DNA from: Candidatus Hermodarchaeota archaeon
GTDB taxonomy: Archaea > Asgardarchaeota > Thorarchaeia > Thorarchaeales > Thorarchaeaceae
Direction: 5' to 3'
Assembly (NCBI GenBank): GCA_048885865.1
Contig: JBHLLF010000020.1
Location: 1-50,865, forward strand
Length of the DNA stretch: 50,865 bases
Shown here: positions 47,001-50,865 of the stretch, piece after piece
How the letters are laid out: every line of letters starts with the position of its first letter
Numbering within the stretch: the first letter of the stretch is position 1
Position numbers and translations under genes: made by a program
The notes under the pieces: generated by a model
Databases searched by the model: none
Told to the model about the DNA's origin: nothing
The model's input: the letters and a program-made list of their open reading frames with translations, nothing else

Positions 47001-47900
47001 TCTATGAGTCAAATTCTAGAGAGATATGTCGAGGAGGGTGGCACCCTTGTCATCATGGGTGTTTCTGGTGATCTGAGCTGGCTGCCTTGGGTACTATCAA
47101 CTGGCACAAGTTCAGGTTCAACAATTGTGATAGAAGACACGACTCATCCACTTATGTCAATGCCAAATGTATTGGCATCAGCAATTGACTATCAGAATCA
47201 TTTCACTTCCTTCCCAGAGAACATGACAATTCTGGCCACAGATGGCACAAATCCTGTAATTATTGCAGGAGTAGTAGGTTCAGGAAAGCTTGCGGTGACT
47301 ACAACGCATCCCGCAGGGACTGCTCGCAACCAGTCAGTTGAAAATGCTGCATTGTGGAGTAGCATGCCATCGTTGGTCCTTCATGATGCAAGTCTAAATC
47401 AGCTTATCATTTGGGAGGGTGATAGAGTCATTATAACTCTGGAAATCACGACTCGCAGCGGTGTTGGTATTGGACAAGTTAGCTTGCAGTCATGGTTGAA
47501 CTCGACTGAGATCACGGTCGTTGCATCAGCAGAATCTGGTCTGTATACAATAACACTGACTGAAGATTGGACACGAGGTCGTGTTGGTACGTACAGTTTG
47601 TATTTGACTGGTACAAAAGCCGGATATGACTCACTCACAGTTGTCCTACTTAGTTTCATGACTATCCGTCCCTTCCCGTGGGAGCCACTGCTATTGGTTG
47701 GAGGAGTGTTTGCTGCAATTGTTGGAGCCTCAATCTATACTAGGCGAAGACGTGGTGATAGAGTACCCAAGAAGACGAAGCGCATGAGCAAGGAGGAGCG
47801 TCAACGTGAGAAGGAGGATCGTCGTCGTCAGAAGGCAGAGCGCGAACGGCGCAAGAAGGAGGATGCCAAGGTCGATCCCAAGGAGTTCTTTGGAGTCTAA
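44046..47900 (+). CDS. Large multidomain cell-surface protein (CW_binding_2-like repeats, PPC-like sandwiches, C25/clan CD peptidase-like domain, C-terminal TM)
   Basis: Signal peptide; RITG.D..E.A and LA...NAPLLYV motifs; THG...AC..G...GAV..I...LFGDP; TM plus Arg/Lys/Glu tail. Confidence 0.7.
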   Translation: MKAGMLKPMAVLVLILFMVPLFVPIVTPPSTLYSTETRTPLQESLLSSMPNETIPMRRATFVGRDSSSYFDEFAYMAGIPNSVFLSGGNQYVSPLIMASGSQSEEWFVSDWAEYIEPDGGASQIIGVGDLSNSLVDSIQDMTGVQVYPRITGLDSAEVAAQLAAMDWTTSNIAVFALAKDSFPAPSVTSGEASFTFQDAALSTYTSSESVNYGSIENITFTPPSSAVWMEGTFDWSGSDLHTHQLRDPSGAIVDYSVYSQVYFERNPSYVATLVPLKFWYPKTQDGTWTMAVERLSTGITDLSCEVKYHPGFTQTVPVPSDAQWLNATITWDNTATDLNLALVGPNGRLVQWAPAGSILAGLSSETVEIPYPTAGDWTIMISWIDATEEENNVDLSWVVSTLPSGLQAHLESAANGAVLASLMNAPLLYVTEDSVPEATLNAVQRLGVNVSFLVDPANIHTTALETELDAFSFLTSLESYSLMTQWIQMLSEESDIILTVPLGNGNEVFAPAAYSAAFHGAPILSLCGDDNYLTTRAEETWAPYLVGPDIDIYITTRWTTRNENGWYDERIPNTYSMRQSVNDFEDFLIDRGAYNATGPQSVVIVSSPELIKVSFDRSLQSHFQAGRIPTGDPALASVLINRAAHHRFLFLTSDSAEDAMLTFYAYTDGSPFVDNFLNGYEIWQIEDSTSALQNADFNVVTHVGANEVFATVDTQLALWSMSTHGTLSQGPRDPPARPSGPGLFSLRDQDANWGFEVSESTRESPSDVDHLVNPVAYEAEFGHHVMRTTDDLEAAIGNIGSPIVILTACLLGGTRLPIMLMEHGAVGVIASPRTVYFQPAGTLSIQITESLCSGNATGSALSDALVRVSHDYSDPLIGREPRDYGNQQVLFGDPEVHLYSPTSSPRISSVDPSSISLDGHQPGRGVPALAAFGTTDYLPQTLDDLSIDHDFYDDSNLTDSQWLLSLRFTVLVEPGSLPSLSTDLASMSQILERYVEEGGTLVIMGVSGDLSWLPWVLSTGTSSGSTIVIEDTTHPLMSMPNVLASAIDYQNHFTSFPENMTILATDGTNPVIIAGVVGSGKLAVTTTHPAGTARNQSVENAALWSSMPSLVLHDASLNQLIIWEGDRVIITLEITTRSGVGIGQVSLQSWLNSTEITVVASAESGLYTITLTEDWTRGRVGTYSLYLTGTKAGYDSLTVVLLSFMTIRPFPWEPLLLVGGVFAAIVGASIYTRRRRGDRVPKKTKRMSKEERQREKEDRRRQKAERERRKKEDAKVDPKEFFGV

Positions 47901-48000
47901 AAATGCGCAAAAATACTCGTATGTTGTGACTCTGTTACAGCAAGGTTTTATAGCATCGCCAATCGACCTATCTCCGTTAGGACCGCTCAGAGGCCTCAGT

Positions 48001-48363
48001 ATGTCCAGCCGTGTAGATACCATCAATAAGATTATTCGCGACTTTGAGACAGTGCCTGGGGTAGAAGGTGCTGCTCTAGTTTCTCTCGATGGACTTCCCA
48101 TTTCATCAGCATTGCCCGAGAGTGAGCAAGAAATGGTTGCAGCCATCAGCGCCGCGATACTCTCCTTGGGAGAGAAGGCAACGAATGAACTAGATAGAGG
48201 TAGTCTTATGGAAATCTATGTGAAAGGTGACAAAGGCTACACGCTTATGACTTCAGTTGGTGACGATGCGCTCATTCTGGTTCTGGCAAGACCTGATGCT
48301 CAGCTGGGTCTCATATTCGTAGATATGCGAAGAATGGCTGACAAATTAATAGAGATTCTATGA
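48001..48363 (+). CDS. Roadblock/LC7 (MglB-like) protein
   Basis: VEGAALVS.DGLPISS; VAAISAAILSLGE...EL.RG; LGLIF.DM. Confidence 0.9.
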   Translation: MSSRVDTINKIIRDFETVPGVEGAALVSLDGLPISSALPESEQEMVAAISAAILSLGEKATNELDRGSLMEIYVKGDKGYTLMTSVGDDALILVLARPDAQLGLIFVDMRRMADKLIEIL

Positions 48364-48399
48364 ATGCAACGCCAAATGCAACGAATAGTGGCCTTCTGC

Positions 48400-49638
48400 T
48401 CATTTCATTCTCTGGATCATAACGTCAACTATCTCTCTAGCCACATCTCTCTTCGAAGATAGTGGAACTTTCTTTACAACTCCCTCAGAGCCAACAATTA
48501 ACACTTCGTTTGTGTCAGTTCCAAAAGCAACTCCTTCTCGATGAGCATCATTAGCCACTACCAGATCGCAGATTCCTGCGTCAATCTTTGCCTTGGCTCG
48601 TTTCTCTAGCTCTTTATCGGACACTTCAGACTCTACCTTAAACCCAACAATGTACATCTTCTTGTATTTGTCCCGTACCACTTCGATGATTTTTGGAGTT
48701 GGTCTGAGTTTGACCAAGAGCTCGCTTTTGCCTGACGCCATCTTGCTCTCCTCCCTCTCAAGTGGGACATAATCAAGAACCGCCGCTGCAGAAATAAAGG
48801 CGCTAGTCTTCGTCTTCTTTAGAGAGTTCATTACGGCTTCCAACATTTCAGCTGTAGTTTCTACATTGACAACATCTACCCCAGTCGGCGATTCTGCTGC
48901 CGTAGGACCGGTAACTAGGTCTGCAGTACCGCCCCTGAAGACTATCTCTCGCGCTAATTCAATCCCCATCCTTCCACTTGAGGGATTTGTGATGAATCTG
49001 ACTCTATCTATCCATCCCCTCGTTGGTCCCGCTGTAACAATGAAGTGTCTACCCGCAAGATCTTGCGGGCTGAGCATTGAGATGACTCGTTCAATAATTG
49101 CCTCAGGTGAGGGAATCTTTGCTTTCGCTTCCTCCATCCTAGATTCCATCACCTTTACTCCCATTCTCCTAAGCTTTTCCATGTTTTCAAGAACACCCGG
49201 GTGATCATACATAGAGCGATGCATTGCAGGTACAATTAGAAGAGGGATTCCTGCACCAATCGCAGAAGTAGCAGTAGTAGTCACTGGAGTGTCATCTATA
49301 CCGTTAGCAATCTTGCCGATAGTGTTTGCAGTCGCAGGTGCGATTAGATATAGGTCTACATGCTTGTCATGTTTGCCAGCAAGATCAACATGTTCAATTT
49401 GCCCCGTGAGTTCGACAACTACCGGATTTCCCGTCGCCCATTCGAGTAAGTGAGGATGTATTATCTTGTGGGCCATTGGACTCATTAATGGATACACCTC
49501 TGCACCATGCCGCATCAAAAGCCTCGAAATGGTCACACACTCAACTGCCGCTACGCTACCAGTGACACCTAATGCAATCTTCTTGCCTTTCAGCATCTGA
49601 CTCAAGCTTCCGATGATGAGTTTGGATGTGTGTGTCAT
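48400..49638 (-). CDS. coaBC: Bifunctional phosphopantothenoylcysteine decarboxylase/ligase
   Basis: GVTGSVAA, APATANTIGK.A.GI.D, PAMH, TAGPT...D.VRFITN.SSG.MG, VGFK.E, VAND. Confidence 0.95.
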   Translation of the reverse strand: MTHTSKLIIGSLSQMLKGKKIALGVTGSVAAVECVTISRLLMRHGAEVYPLMSPMAHKIIHPHLLEWATGNPVVVELTGQIEHVDLAGKHDKHVDLYLIAPATANTIGKIANGIDDTPVTTTATSAIGAGIPLLIVPAMHRSMYDHPGVLENMEKLRRMGVKVMESRMEEAKAKIPSPEAIIERVISMLSPQDLAGRHFIVTAGPTRGWIDRVRFITNPSSGRMGIELAREIVFRGGTADLVTGPTAAESPTGVDVVNVETTAEMLEAVMNSLKKTKTSAFISAAAVLDYVPLEREESKMASGKSELLVKLRPTPKIIEVVRDKYKKMYIVGFKVESEVSDKELEKRAKAKIDAGICDLVVANDAHREGVAFGTDTNEVLIVGSEGVVKKVPLSSKRDVAREIVDVMIQRMK

Positions 49639-49915
49639 CAGAATCGCCCATGCTACACCAATGAACACATGTTGATAAACTGAACGACCTCCCTTCTCCT
49701 ACAATCTATCACACCAAGCTTCTTAGGAAGAGGGACACCATTTCTTTAATACCATCTGACCTGAGGTGGGTAAAGAATATATGAGTCGACTTGAATGTGC
49801 GGGAGTGCCAAAACAGGGCAGATGCGGCAATCAAGCCATGTTGGGCACGTATCTTGCGCAAGACCGACAACAACCTGAAAATGACTAGAACAAATCTTCC
49901 AATATTACGGGCGGT

Positions 49916-50764
49916 GTGAATACTTTGGCTAACTCTTCTCACGATCCTGACATCTTCAGTGAGTTCATTCCTGAGAAGAGGGCTAGATTTCAGGCCTATG
50001 ACAAGGTGCACTCATCTTTCGGAACTCCGAGTCAATCATTGTTTGTGCTTGACAATGACAATGAGGTTGATATCTTTCAGCGTGACTTTAACGAATTTTT
50101 GACCTATCGAGGGCATAAGGATCCAAATTCAAACGAATTGCCTTATCATGTGGTTCGTATTGGCTACGATGGCGATATGCTTGATGACATGTTTCGCCTC
50201 GTTGTTTCTGAAGCCTCCGAAAAGTTCGAACCAGCTAAATTGGATGTCAGTATGCTATTCTCAAAGCAGGCGATATTCCAACATCTGTACAATATAATCA
50301 CTCAAGACAAGTTCATTCTCTTTCACATCACAGAATTTCCTCTTGCCTACTACTTTGAAACCGCAGTAGTAGTAGATGTTGAGGAACTCTCTGATGTGAT
50401 GGATCCTGCAGTGCATGATGAAACAATCACTCGCTATCTGAATGATCTTCGTGAACAGGGCACCGAGGAGCATCGTAAGACGTATAGCTTCTTCTACAGA
50501 ATCAGCACTTCGTTGCTCATGGAGTTGTCAAACGTGTTTCTTGTTGTGCCAACTGCTGGTATGCATCAACATATGGTTGTCACTAGCTGGAGAACTCAGA
50601 CGCTTCTTCTTGGCTTTAGTCCCCTCACATGGTCCTCAGGAAGCTTTCAGGTTTTCGACCTCAGCGGGCGAGACATAGATGCTAGATGGGGGTTTCCTGC
50701 ACCACAGAATACGGACCCTCGAATCAAGCAGTATACCAGTCTAGTTCCTCTCGGGAAGGAGTAG
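49916..50764 (+). CDS. Hypothetical protein
   Basis: 282-aa ORF with globular composition; no motif recognised. Confidence 0.7.
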   Translation: MNTLANSSHDPDIFSEFIPEKRARFQAYDKVHSSFGTPSQSLFVLDNDNEVDIFQRDFNEFLTYRGHKDPNSNELPYHVVRIGYDGDMLDDMFRLVVSEASEKFEPAKLDVSMLFSKQAIFQHLYNIITQDKFILFHITEFPLAYYFETAVVVDVEELSDVMDPAVHDETITRYLNDLREQGTEEHRKTYSFFYRISTSLLMELSNVFLVVPTAGMHQHMVVTSWRTQTLLLGFSPLTWSSGSFQVFDLSGRDIDARWGFPAPQNTDPRIKQYTSLVPLGKE

Positions 50765-50865
50765 GCCAGAAGGGACTATGTATAGTTTAATACGTATATG
50801 TATATACGCCAGATACATTGTATATGGTTGAATATATTAGGCGCAAAAACAGGCGATGGAGTGAC

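Noticed and set aside
1-50865. Numerous short antisense or alternative-frame ORFs in the track (e.g. 3480-3872, 7230-7706, 18094-18522, 34396-34836); tRNA/rRNA genes; transposases
   Set aside because: The ORFs are shadows of well-supported genes; no cloverleaf, rRNA or transposase/integrase signature was recognised

Overview
Gene-dense archaeal chromosome segment, most likely from an Asgard archaeon (Thorarchaeia-like; inferred from gene content). Housekeeping genes include rpl13e, rps26e, class I lysS, cca, trmY, tmk, rtcB, coaBC, inositol-1-P synthase, a CDP-alcohol phosphatidyltransferase, an XPF/ERCC4 nuclease, an HDAC and an M42 peptidase. They are interleaved with many eukaryotic-signature-type proteins: Rab-like, longin-Arf-like and MglA-like GTPases, roadblock and longin domains, V4R/TRAPP-Bet3-like proteins, and a SNAP-like/PCI-like protein. 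Five things are not explained by standard annotation. (1) At 77-3490, four copies of a 23-25 bp direct repeat, which also looks like the rpl13e BRE/TATA promoter, delimit a tandem array of 0.5-1.5 kb accessory gene cassettes with homologous leaders. (2) Two large, highly structured intergenic elements (about 32970-33150 and 35365-35740) match no RNA family I recognise, and a long-range helix brackets the longin/wHTH gene between them. (3) selD carries an in-frame UGA (Sec), with a candidate eukaryote-type SECIS whose AUGA core is the gene's own stop codon. (4) The class I LysRS has degenerate HIGH/KMSKS motifs. (5) Pseudoknotted or multibranch leaders recur in front of GTPase/roadblock genes. 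All calls were made by eye; no searches or folding programs were run.
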